Positions 26,901 to 38,900 of a stretch of 64,000 nt of DNA are shown here, one piece after another; the first letter of the stretch is position 1; every line of letters begins with the position of its first letter. Under the pieces are notes generated by a model that ran no database searches, had not been told where the DNA came from, and saw only the letters and a list, made by a program, of their open reading frames with translations. The DNA is from Mobula hypostoma (lineage: Eukaryota). Location: positions 94,924,001 through 94,988,000 of the forward strand of contig NC_086097.1 in assembly GCF_963921235.1 (NCBI RefSeq). Reading direction: 5' to 3'. Made by a program: the position numbers and the translations under genes.

Positions 26901-29900
26901 TTTTTATAAATGACCTGGATGAGGAAGTGGAAGGATGGGTTAGTAAATTTGCTGATGACACAAAAGTTGGGGGTGTTGTGGAGGGTTGTCAGAGGTTACA
27001 GTGGGACATTGATAGGATGCAAAACTGGGCTGAGAAGTGGCAGATGGAGTTCAACCCAGATAAGTGTGAAGTGGTTCATTTTGGTAGGTCAAATATGATG
27101 GCAGAATATAGTATTAATGGTAAGACTCTTGGCAGTGTGGAGGAACAGAGGGATCTTGGGTCTGAGTCCATAGGACACACAAAGCTGCTGTGCAGATTTA
27201 TTCTGTGGTTAAGAAGGCATACGGTGCATTAGCCTTCATCAACCGTGGGATTGAGTTAAAGAGTCGAGAGGTAATGTTGCAGCTATATAGGACCCTGGTC
27301 AGACCACATTTGGAGTACTGTACTCAGTTCTGGTCACCTCACTACAGGAAGGATGTGGAAACCATAGAAAGGGTACAGAGGAGATTTACAAGGATGTTTC
27401 CTGGATTGGGGACCATGCCTTATGAGAATAAGTTTCCTTCTTCTTCCAAGGAGAACTTGGCCTTTCCTCCTTGGAGTGACGGAGGATGAGAGGTGACCTG
27501 ATAGAGGTCTATAAGATGATGAGAGGCATTGATCGTGTGGATAGTCAGAGGCTTTTTCCCAGGGCTGAAATGGCTAGCACAAGAGGGCACGGTTTTAAGA
27601 AGCTTGGAAGTAGGTACAGAGGAGATGTCGGGTTAAGTTTTTTTACTCAGAGTGGTGAGTGCGTGGAATGGGCTGCTGGCGATGGTGGTGGGGGCGGATA
27701 CGATAGGGTTTTTTAAGAGACTCCTGGTCAGGTACATGGAGCTCAGAAAAATAGAGGGCTATGGGTAACCCTAGGTAATTTCTAAGGTAAGGACATGTTC
27801 GGCACAACTTTCTGGGCCGAAGGGCCTGTATTGTGCTGTAGGTTTTCTATATTTCCATGTTTCTATTACAGGGTCAAGATGCAAAGACCATTACCGATAG
27901 TCAAACACTGTATGCACACAGAAGATCACAATCACATAATACGAGTCTGGTAATAAGAGATGGGATAGAATTTGTCAAATATGTTCAGGAAAGTTTCCTT
28001 CATCAGTACGCAGAAGTCCCGATGAGAGAGTGTGCAATACTGGATCTGCTATTAGGGAAAAAGACAGAACAGATGACAGAAGTTTGTCACCTTCCCACAG
28101 TAGGGGAACGCTTTGCATCCAGTGACCACAATGCCATTAGTTTCAAAGTAAATATGCAAAAGGGGAGGTCTGGTCCACGGGCTGAGATTCTAAATTGGAG
28201 AAAGGCCAATTTTGATGGAATCAGAAATGATGTGTGGATTGGGACAGGCTGTTTTCTGGTAAAGGTGTACTTAGAAAGTGGAAGGCCTTCAAAAACAACA
28301 TTTTGAGAGTATGGATAGAACTGAGAAACTGTAAGGGCAAAAAGACCGTAATGGGAGTTATCTACAGGTCACCAAACAGTAGTCTAGATATAGGCTGCAA
28401 ATTAAATCAAGAGTTAAAATTGGCATGTTGCAAAGGCAATTCTATGGTTGTTATGGGGGATTTCAACATGCAGGTAGACTGGGAAAATCAGGTTGGTACT
28501 GGACCCCAAGAAAGGGAGTTTGTGGAATGCCTCAGAGATGGATTCTTAGAGCAGCTTGTATTAGAGCCTACCAGGGAGAAGGCAATTCTGGATTTAGTGT
28601 TGTGTAATGAACCGGATTTGATAAGGGAACTCGAGGTAAAGGAGCCATTAGGAGGTAGTGACCATAATATGATAAGTTTTAATCTACAATTTGAGAGGGA
28701 GAAGGGAAGATCGGAAGTGTCAGTATTACAGTTGAACAAAGGGGACAATGGACCCGTGAGGGAGGAGCTGGCCAAAGTTGACTGGAAAGATACCCTAGCA
28801 GGGATGACAGTGGAACAACAATGTCAGGTATTTCTGGGAATAATACAGAAGGTGCAGGATCAGTTCATACCAAAGAGGAAGAAAGATCCTAAGGGGAGTA
28901 AGGGGCGACCGTGGATGACAAGGGAAGTTAAGGACAGTATAAAAATAAAAGAGAGGAAGTATAACATAACAAGGATAAGCGGGAAGCCAGAGGATTGGGA
29001 GACTTTTAAGGAGCAACAGAAGATAACTAAAAAGGCAATACGGGGGAAAAAGATGAGGTACGAAGATAAGCTAGCAAAGTTGGGCCCTTGAAGACAGAAG
29101 CGGGTGAAATTATTATGGGGAACAAGGAAATGGCAGACAAGCTGAACAGGTACTTTGGATCTGTCTTCACTAGGAAAGACACAAACAATCTCCCAGATGT
29201 GATAGTGGCCAGAGGACCTAGGGTAACAGAGGAACTGAAGGAAATTCGCATCAGGCAGAAAATGGTGTTGGGTAAACTGATGGGACCGAAGGCTGATAAA
29301 TCCTCAGGGCCTGATGGTCTGCACCCTAGGGTACTTAAGGAGGTGGCTCTAGAAATTGTGGACGCATTGGAAATCATTTTCCGATGTTCTATAGATTCAG
29401 GATCCATTCCTGCGGATTGGAGGGTAGCTAATATTATCCCACTTTTTAAGAAAGGAGAGAGAGAGAAAGCAGGCAATTATAGACCAGTTAGTCTGACATC
29501 AGTGGTGGGGAAGATGCTGGAATCAATTATAAAAGATGAAATAGCAGCATATTTGGATAGCAGTGGCAGGATAGCTCTGAGTCAGCATGGATTTACGAAG
29601 GGGAAATCATGCTTGACTAATCTTCTGGAATTTTTTGAGAATGTAACTATGAAAATGGACTTGGGAAAGCCAGTGGATGTAGTGTACCTGGACTTTCAGA
29701 AAGCGTTTGATAAGGTCCCACATAGGAGGTTAGTGTGCAAAATTAGAGCAAGTGGTATTGGGGGTAGTGTACTGACATGGATAGAAAATTGGTTGGCGGA
29801 CAGGAAACAAAGAGTAGGGATTAATGGGTCCTTTTCAGAATGGTAGGCAGTGACTAGTGGGGTACCGCAAGGCTTGGTGCTGGGACCGCAGCTATTTACA

Positions 29901-32900
29901 ATATACATTAATGATTTAGATGAAGGAATTAAAAGTAACATTAGCAAATTTGCAGATGACACAAAGCTGGGTGGCAGTGCGAAATGTGAGGAGGATGTTA
30001 TGAGAATGCAGGGTGACTTGGACAGGTTGGGTGAGTGGGCAGATGCATGGCAGATGCAGTTTAATGTGGATAAATGTGAGGTTATCCACTTTGGTGGCAA
30101 TAACACGAAGGCAGATTATTATCTGAATAGTGTCAAGTTAGGAAAAGGGGAAGTACAACGAGATCTAGGTGTCCTTGTTCATCAGTCACTGAAAGTAAGC
30201 ATGCAGGTACAGCAGGCAGTGAAGAAAGTTAATGGCATGTTAGCTTTCATAACCAGGGGAGTTGAGTATAGGAGCAAAGAGGTCCTTCTGCAGTTGTACA
30301 GGGCCCTGGTGTGACCACACCTGGAGTATTGTGTACAGTTTTGGTCTCCAAATTTGAGGAAGGACATTCTAGCTATTGAGGGAGTGCAGCGTAGGTTCAC
30401 GAGGTTAATTCCTGGGAAGGCGGGACTGTCATATGTTGAAAGATTGGAGCGACTGGGGTTGTATACACTGGAATTTAGAAGGATGAGAGAGGATCTAATT
30501 GAAACATATAAGATTATTAAGGGATTGGACAGGCTAGGGGCAGGAAACATGTTCCCGATGTTGGGGGAGTCCAGAACCAGAGGCCACAGTTTAAGAATAA
30601 GGGGTAGACAATTTAGAACGGAGTTGAGGAAAAGCTTTTTCACACAGAGGGTTGTGGTTCTGTGGAATGCTCTGCCTCAGAAGGCAGTGGAGGCCAATTC
30701 TCTGGATTCTTTCAAGAAAGAGTTAGATAGAGCTCTTAAAAATAGCGGAGTGAAGGGATATGGGGAGAAGGCAGGAAAAGGGTACTGATTGTGGATGATC
30801 AGCTATGATCACAGTGAATGGTGGTGCTGGTTCGAAGGGCTGAATGGCCTACTCCTGCACCTATTGTCTATTGTCTATACAACCAAAAAGGTTCAGCAGC
30901 CCCTCTACTTCCTCCATAAAACATAGCAAAATTAGGCCATTTAGACCATTGAGTCTGCTCCACCATTCCATCCTGGCTGATTGCAGATCCCACTCAACCC
31001 CATACACCTGCCTTCTCACTGTATCTTTTGATGCCCTGACTGATCAGGAAGCTATCAACTTCCGCCTTAAATATACCCACAGACTTGGCCTCCACCGCAT
31101 TCTGTGGCACAGCATTCCACAGATTTACCACTCTCTGGTTAAAAAAAAAATCCTCCTTACCTCTGTTCTAAAGGGTCACCCCTCGGTTTTGAGGCTGTGC
31201 CCTCTAGTTCTGGATACTCCCACCAGAGGGGACATTCTCTCCACATTCACCCTATCTAGTCCTTTCAACATTCGGTAGGTTTCAATGAGATCCCCCGCAT
31301 TCTTCTGAATTCCAGTGAGTACAGGCCCAAAACTGCCAAACGCTCCTCATATGTTAACCCCTTCATTCTCAGAATCATCCTCATGAACCTCCTCTGGACT
31401 CACTCCAATGACAACACACCCTTTCTGAGACATGGGGCCCAAAACTGTTGACAATACTTCAAGTGTGGCCTGACTAGTGTCTTATAAAGGCTCAGCATTA
31501 TCTCCTTGCTTTTATATTCTATTCCCCTTGAAATAAATGCCAATATTGCATTTACTTTCTTTACCACAGACTCAACCTGTAAATTAACCTTCTGGGAGTC
31601 TTGTACAAAGACTCCTAAGTCCCTCTGCACCTCTGATGTTTGAACCTTCTCCCCATTTAGATAATTGTCCGCATTATTGCTCCTTTTACTAAAATGCATT
31701 ATCCAACACTGTATTCCATCTGCCATTTTTTGCCCATTCTTCCAATTTGTCTAAGTCCTGCTGCAATCACATTGCTTTCTCAGCACTACCTACCCCCCCC
31801 CCACCTATCTTTGTATCATCAGCAAACTTTGTCACAAAGCCATCAAACCCATTATCCAAATCACTGACAAACGATGTGAAAAGTAGCGGTGCCAATACTG
31901 GCCCCTGAGGAACACTGCTAGTTACTGGGAGCCAACCAGAAAAGGCCCCTTTTATTCCCCCTCACTGCCTCCTGCCTGTCAGCCATTCCTCTGTCCATGC
32001 CAGTATCTTTCCTGTAACGCCGTGGGATTTTATCTTGTTAAGCAGCCTCATGTGTGGCACCTTATCAAATGCCTTCTGAAAATCCAAGTAATTGACATCC
32101 ACTGCCTCTCCTTCGTCCACTCTGCTGGCTACTTCCTCAAAGAACTCCAACCAACTTGTCAGGCAAGATTTCCCTTTACAGAAACCATGCTGACTTTGAC
32201 TTATTTTATCATTAGTCTCCAAGTACCCCGAAACCTCATCCTTAACAATAGACTCCAACACTTTCCCAACCACTGCAGTGAGGTTAACTGGCCTATAATT
32301 TCCTTTCTTTTGCCTTCTTCCCTTCTTGTGGAACGGAATGATATTTGTAATCTTCCAGTCCTCCAGGACCATGCCAGAATCAAGTGATTCTTGAAAAGTC
32401 GTGACCAATGCATCCGTTATCTCTTCAGCAACCTCTCTCAAGACTCTGGATGTAGTCCATCTGACCCAGGTGACTTATCCACCTTCACACCTTTGAGTTT
32501 GCCTAGCAGTTTTTTCTTTGTAATTGCAATGGCACTCCTGCTCCCTGATACTCATGGACCTCTGGTACACAGCTATTATCTTCCACAGTGAAGACAAATG
32601 CAAAGTACCCATTAAGTTCATCTGCCATTTCTTTGTACCCCGTTACTAACTCACCAACATAATTTTCCAGTGGTCCAAAATCAATTATCGCCTCCCTTTT
32701 ACTTTTTATATTATTGAAAACCCTGCTTTATATTATTGGCTAGCTTGCCTTCATATTTAATCTTTTCCCTTCTTATAGCTTTTTCAGTTGCCTTTTGTTG
32801 GATTTTAAAATCTTCCCAATCATCCATCATCCATGACTTATGCTTCGCCCTCTCAGACTGCAGTATGAATTCAGTCATATTATGATCACTGTTTAAGGGT

Positions 32901-35900
32901 TCCTTTATGTTAAGCTCCCTAATAAGATCTGGGTTATTACACAACACCCAACCTAAAATAGCTTTTCCCCAAGTAGGCTCAAGCACAAGCTGCTCTAAAA
33001 AGCTATCTCGTAGGCATTCAAAAAATTCCTTTTCTTGCAATCCAACACCAACCTGATTTTCCCAATCCCCTTGCATATTGAAGTCCCCCTTTACAATTGT
33101 ATCACTATCCTTATACATGCCTTTTCCAGCTCCCTTTGCAATCTTAACCCCACATCTTGGCTACTATTTGGAGACCTATATATGATTCCCATGATGTTTT
33201 TTCCCCCTTGCAGTTTCTTAACTCCACCCACAAAAATTCAACATTCTCTAACCCTATGTCACCTCTTTCTGAAGATGTAATTACATCTTTTACCAACAGA
33301 GCCACACCACTGCCTATGCCTTCCTGCCTGTCCTTTCAATAAAAATTATGTCCTTTGATGTTAAGCTCCCAACTATGGCCTTCTTTCAGCCACGACTCAG
33401 TGATGCCCACAATGTTATACTGACCAATCTCTAATTGTGCCATGGGTTTGTCCATCTTATTCCAAATGCTACGTGCATTTAAATGCAGCACCTTCAGTCC
33501 TGCATTCTTCGCCCCTTCGCATTTTGCCTCTGTGACACAATTTAACTCTTTGCTCTGTCTGCATTTGTACCCAATCATTGGCTTGTCCTTCCTTACATTC
33601 ATGTTACAGCCATCATCTACTTGTAAACCTGCTGGCTCATCCTCAGCTCTATCGTACTGGTTCCCATCCCCCTGCCATATTAGTTTGAACCACTTCTAAC
33701 GGCTTTGTTAAACCTGAATATTGAACAAGAATATTGGTCCCCCTCAGATTCAAGTGCAACCCGTCCGTTTTGTACAGGTCCCACCTGTCCCAGAAGAGGT
33801 CCCAATTATCCAGAAATCCGAATTCCTTCCCCCAGCTCCATTTCTTCTTCCACGCATTTATCTGCCTCCTCATTCTATTCCTATCCTCACTGTCACATGG
33901 CATAGGCAGCAATCCTGAGATCACTACCCTTGAGATCCTGCTTCTCAGCTTCCTTCCTAACTCCCTATATTCTTTTTTCAGGATCTCCTCTCTTTTTCTG
34001 CCTATATCGTTGGTACCAATATGTACCAGGACTTCTGACTGCTAATCCTCCCTTTTCAGGATATTGTGGATGTGTTCAGAAACATCGCGACCCTGGCACC
34101 TGGTAGGCAAACTACCATCCATGTTTTGTTTATGCATCTACAGAATTGCCTCTCTGTCCCCTGACTATAAAGTCCCCTATAATTGAAGCATCTTTTTCAG
34201 TTCCTTACGCCTCTGAGCCACAGGGCCAGTATCACTGCCAGAGCCATGGCCACTGTTGCTTCCCCCAGGTAGGTCACCTCCCCCAAACAGTACTCAAAAT
34301 GGAGTACTTATTGTTGAGGGGGACGGCCACGGGGTGCTCTCCACCATCTGACATTCTCCCTTCCCTCTCCTGACAGTCACCCATTTATCTGTCTCCTGTA
34401 GCCTTGGGGTGACCACCTCCCTGTGGCTTCAGTCTATCACTGCTTCACTTTCCCTGACAAGCTGAAGGTCATCGAGCTGCAGCTCCAGTTCCCTAACATG
34501 GTCTCTAAGGAGCTGCAGCTCGATGCACCTGGTGCAGATGTGGCCGTCAGGAATTCTGGAAGTCTCCCAGAAATCTCATATCTGACTCCCAGAGCAGAAA
34601 ACTGGCTCTGTAGACATTTATCCCCTCCTCTCTCAAGATTTAAATAAGAAGTAAGGAATGAACTTACCTACTTACCTCGCCTCCACCTGTTCTCGCCAAA
34701 GACTTACTACTCTGCCTCAGACTACTCTGACAACAACCACCCCTACAAGGTCTGTTCTGCTGGGTGGTGCCTCTCTTTTTCTGCCTATGTCGTTGGCACC
34801 AATATGTACCAGGACTCTAAACTCTTTGCCAGACCGGCGCGGGAACACTTCTATTGTGTCTGCACAGCACTCAGGAGGTTAAAGGAATTTGACATGCCTC
34901 CTTTGACCTTCACCAATTTTTATCAATGCACATGAAGAACATAAAGGAGGAGGATAAGATGGTGGTGCGACGCAGCTTGCGCGGCCACTCCGGTGAATGA
35001 TATCTGTAATCTGTCAAGTAGGGTGCCGTGCACAATCCTGATTTGATGGAGACGGACATGAGAGAATGGAGGAACATTTGGAGAAATTTCTGAAATGCGT
35101 TTTTCGCTGCCGCTTTTACTGTGTGATCCAGAATCTCCGGAGGGGAAGGCCGCGAATCCTCGGCTTTGCTTGTTGCTCGGCGGCTGGGGCGGGGTTGAGG
35201 CGCTCGGCAGAGGATGGTGCTTGGTGTCGAAGGGCTGATCGGAGGCTCGAAGTTTTCGGACGGACTCAGAGTCGGCTGTGGTCAGGTGCTTCCATGCATC
35301 GACAGTTGTCAGTGCCTGGTGGTTTATGGCAGAGAGAGTTTCTCCCTTCTGCCGCCTGCTATCGGGGACTATTGGGAGCTGCTTGGAACTTTGAGACTTT
35401 TTTTTTACCATTCCCATGGTCTGCTCTTCATCAAATTATGGTATTGCTTTGCACTGCTGTAACTACATGTTATAATTACGTGGTTCTGTCAGTGTTAGTC
35501 TTTGGTTTGTCTTTTTTGTGATATCAGTCTGGAGGAACATTGTATCATTGCTTAATGCATGCATTTCTAAATGACAATAAACAAGGACTGAGTGTCCTCA
35601 TAATCTAATCTAATCCTATCCAGATGCATCATGCTTGATATGGAAACTGCTCTTCACGTGACCAAAGAAGATAGAGACTTGTCGACACAGTTCAGCACGG
35701 CATCCTTCGTGGACACTGTCCACCTTTTCGATGGCTTGGTAAGATAACAACATAATCAAATACCCCACCCATCCCCAACACTCTCTCTTCTCTCTCACCC
35801 ATTGGGTTAGAGGATACAAAAGCTTTGAAGTACTTACCACCAGAGTCAGGACAACTTCTGTTATAAGAATATTGAATGGTCCTCTTGTATGATATGATTG

Positions 35901-38900
35901 GTTCTCGACTTCATGTATAAATAGTTTGCAAGACAAGATTTCCACTGTACCTCGGTACATGTGAACCAGTTCTAATTTGTTATGGCCCTATTACCCCTAC
36001 TAGGGCATTGGCTGCTGACAGATCATCCTTCTCCCAGGAATGGGATCTTTAGAGCTTCTGTTGGCATTTCTTTAATTCTGGGATGGGGTTGCTAGCCCCA
36101 TGTCAACCCTCCACCTTTTGCAGCCCAGGCTTGGGACTGTCCATAACGGTTAGTTTGTTATGGTCTTGCACCTTATTGGAGGCCTGTGGCACATTTTCTC
36201 TGTAACTGTACTATTTTATTCTGCATTCTATTATCGATTTTACCTGAACTACCTCAATGCACCTCTGTAACAAATGAACTGTGTGGATGGTGTGTAAAGC
36301 AAAGTGTTTCACGTATCTTGGTACATGTGACAGTCATAAACCAGTTTAACTGGTACCAAGTTCATGGTCCACTGGTCTCCTTTGTATCTGCTTACTGCAG
36401 GTGTCTCAAACAATTGTAGAGAAACCTCAGCAAAATCCACAGGATCAGTGAACACATTGCTGAGAGCACTATTCCTTTGCAAGGACCATGCAGAAGCCCA
36501 GTGGGAAAGGTGGAAGGAATGCACCACTTCACAGGCCATCACGTGTTCACCCCTTCGAGCACTGTTTGCCATACCTGTGGTAGGGTCTGTGTTTGCCATG
36601 TTAGCTATATCAGTTACATCAGAAACCAGAGAATGTGAGTGTAAATAAGTCATCTGAAACCATGACAGTCTGCCAAATACAAAAAGAAAGGATAAAAAAG
36701 ATGCAAACAGATTATTCTTTTCCACTGTCCTTATTGGGGAACACACGTTACCAGGGTGGGATCTTCAGTGTCATCCTTTAGAGAGTGAAATGCACCTTGA
36801 TTGATCGCCTCTTTGGAAAATAGCACCTCCAACTCTGCAGGAGCTCTTCAGTAAAGCAAAGAAGCGTCACTCAAGCCTTTTCTGCTCAAGTGTCTGCAGC
36901 TGGACATGTAACCATGACTTTCTTACTCAGGGCAAGTCAGCCACTGCGGGACAGCATTTCCATCATGCCCTTTACAGGCAATACACTTAGAAGTGATGCA
37001 GGAAGCACAACAGGCAACTTGTGAGCAGTAAGATCCCAGAAGGAGTAAATGAATGGATGATCTGGCTTTAGTAATGTAGGGCAGGGATGAATATTGACCA
37101 CAACTCTGGGTCTTCATTGTAAGGGAAGCTTTTATCTATAGCTCTTACACCAGGCTCTCGAGTAAAAGGGGATAACTACACTCAACTTCACTTGGTCCAT
37201 CACTGATATGTTCCCACAACCAACGATCTTACCTTCAAGGACTCTTTATCTCAAGTTCTCCTTATTTATTGCTATTTATTTAAATTTGCATTTGCAGTTT
37301 GTTGTCCTGCACTCTGGTTGATCTTTCATTGATCCTGTTATTGAGTATGCCCACAAGAAAATAAATCTCAGCAATACACACAAAATGCTGAATGCTGCAA
37401 AACTGCCGAAGGGTCTCGGCCTGAAACGTCGACTGTACTTTTCTCCATAGGTATTGCCTGGCCTGCCGAGCTCCTCCAGCATTTTGTGTGTGTTGCTTGG
37501 ATTTCCAGCATCTGAAGATTCTCTCTTGTTTGTAAAATAAATCTCAGTATCATATATGATGACATATACATACTTTCATAAAAAAAATTACTTTGAACTT
37601 TAACTGAGAGGGCAGTTAGGGTCTCGGTTAAACCTCTCATTTAGGAATCATCTCCTTGGGATAGCCCGTGGTACTGCAGAGCCCATAATGTCCACAGCAC
37701 AGTGGCGCCACTGTCTCAGAGTGCCAGCGACCTGTTTTGATCCTGACCTCTGCTGCTGACTGTGCGGTGTTTGCATGTTCTCTCTGTGACTGCCTGTATT
37801 TTCTCCCACATCCGAAAGACACATGAGTAAGTAGGTTAATTGGCCGCTGTCAATTGCCCTAGTGTGTAGGTGAGTGGTAGAATCTTAGGGGAATAGATAG
37901 TTTTGTTTTAGATTATGAGGACACTCAGTCCTCTTTTATTGTCATTTAGAAACGTATACTTGCATTAAGAAATGATACAATGTTCCTCCAGAATATCACA
38001 AAAGAACAAGACAAACCAAAGACTAACACTGACAAGACCACATAATTATAACATATAGTTACAGCAGTGCAAAGCAATACCGTAATTTGATAAACAGCAG
38101 ACCATGGGAATGGTAAAAAAAAGTCTCAAAGTTCCGATCGACTCCCGATAGTCCCCGATAGCAGGCGGCAGAAGGGAGAAACTCCCCTGTCATAAACCTC
38201 CAGGCACCGACAACTGCCAATGCATTGAAAGCAGCTGACCACAGCCAACTCTGAGTCCGTCGAAAACTTCGAGCCTCCGACCAGCCCTCCGACACCGAGC
38301 ACCGAGCACCATCTCTGCCGAGCGCTTCGACCCATGTCCTGGCTGCCGAGCAACAAGCCGAGGATTCGAGGCCTTCCCCTCCGGAGATTCTGGATCACAC
38401 AGTAACAGTGGCAGCGAAAAAGGCATTTGGAATAAAGTAGGAATAGTATAAATGGGTGGTTGATAGTACAGGCTCAGTGGGCCAATGGGCCTGATTCCAT
38501 GCTGTATCTCTATCTAAGTCTGTGACCATGCCCTTGCAGTTGAAGAGGTCAAAGCTCAGCTCCTCCAGGGTTTAGATAATTTCTGCTGATACAGGTACGG
38601 CTCCACATGCCAGCGTTTCCCAATATTAACCTTCTAGAACCAACCTTGCCTTCAAATGATATCCTGCACTGTGAACACCCTACCCCTTGTGCTTGAGTCC
38701 GGTCTGTGCACGTTGGTAGATTTGTCGTGCTGAGCTCACCCTGTATCCAAAACCTAGCAAAGAAAGGTCAGGAGCAGGAAGCTTGGCTGATTCTCATCCT
38801 TACCTTAACCCAGCCAGGAGAGGCTAGGGTCTGCAGCTACTTCCGCCCAATCCGGTCAAAATCTAGCTTTGGATTTCTCTTGGATTGTGGCACTTTTCTA

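Noticed and set aside
28234..29091. 285-aa ORF as an intact gene
   Set aside because: In-frame junction of two CR1 copies at about 28310; an endonuclease fragment only.
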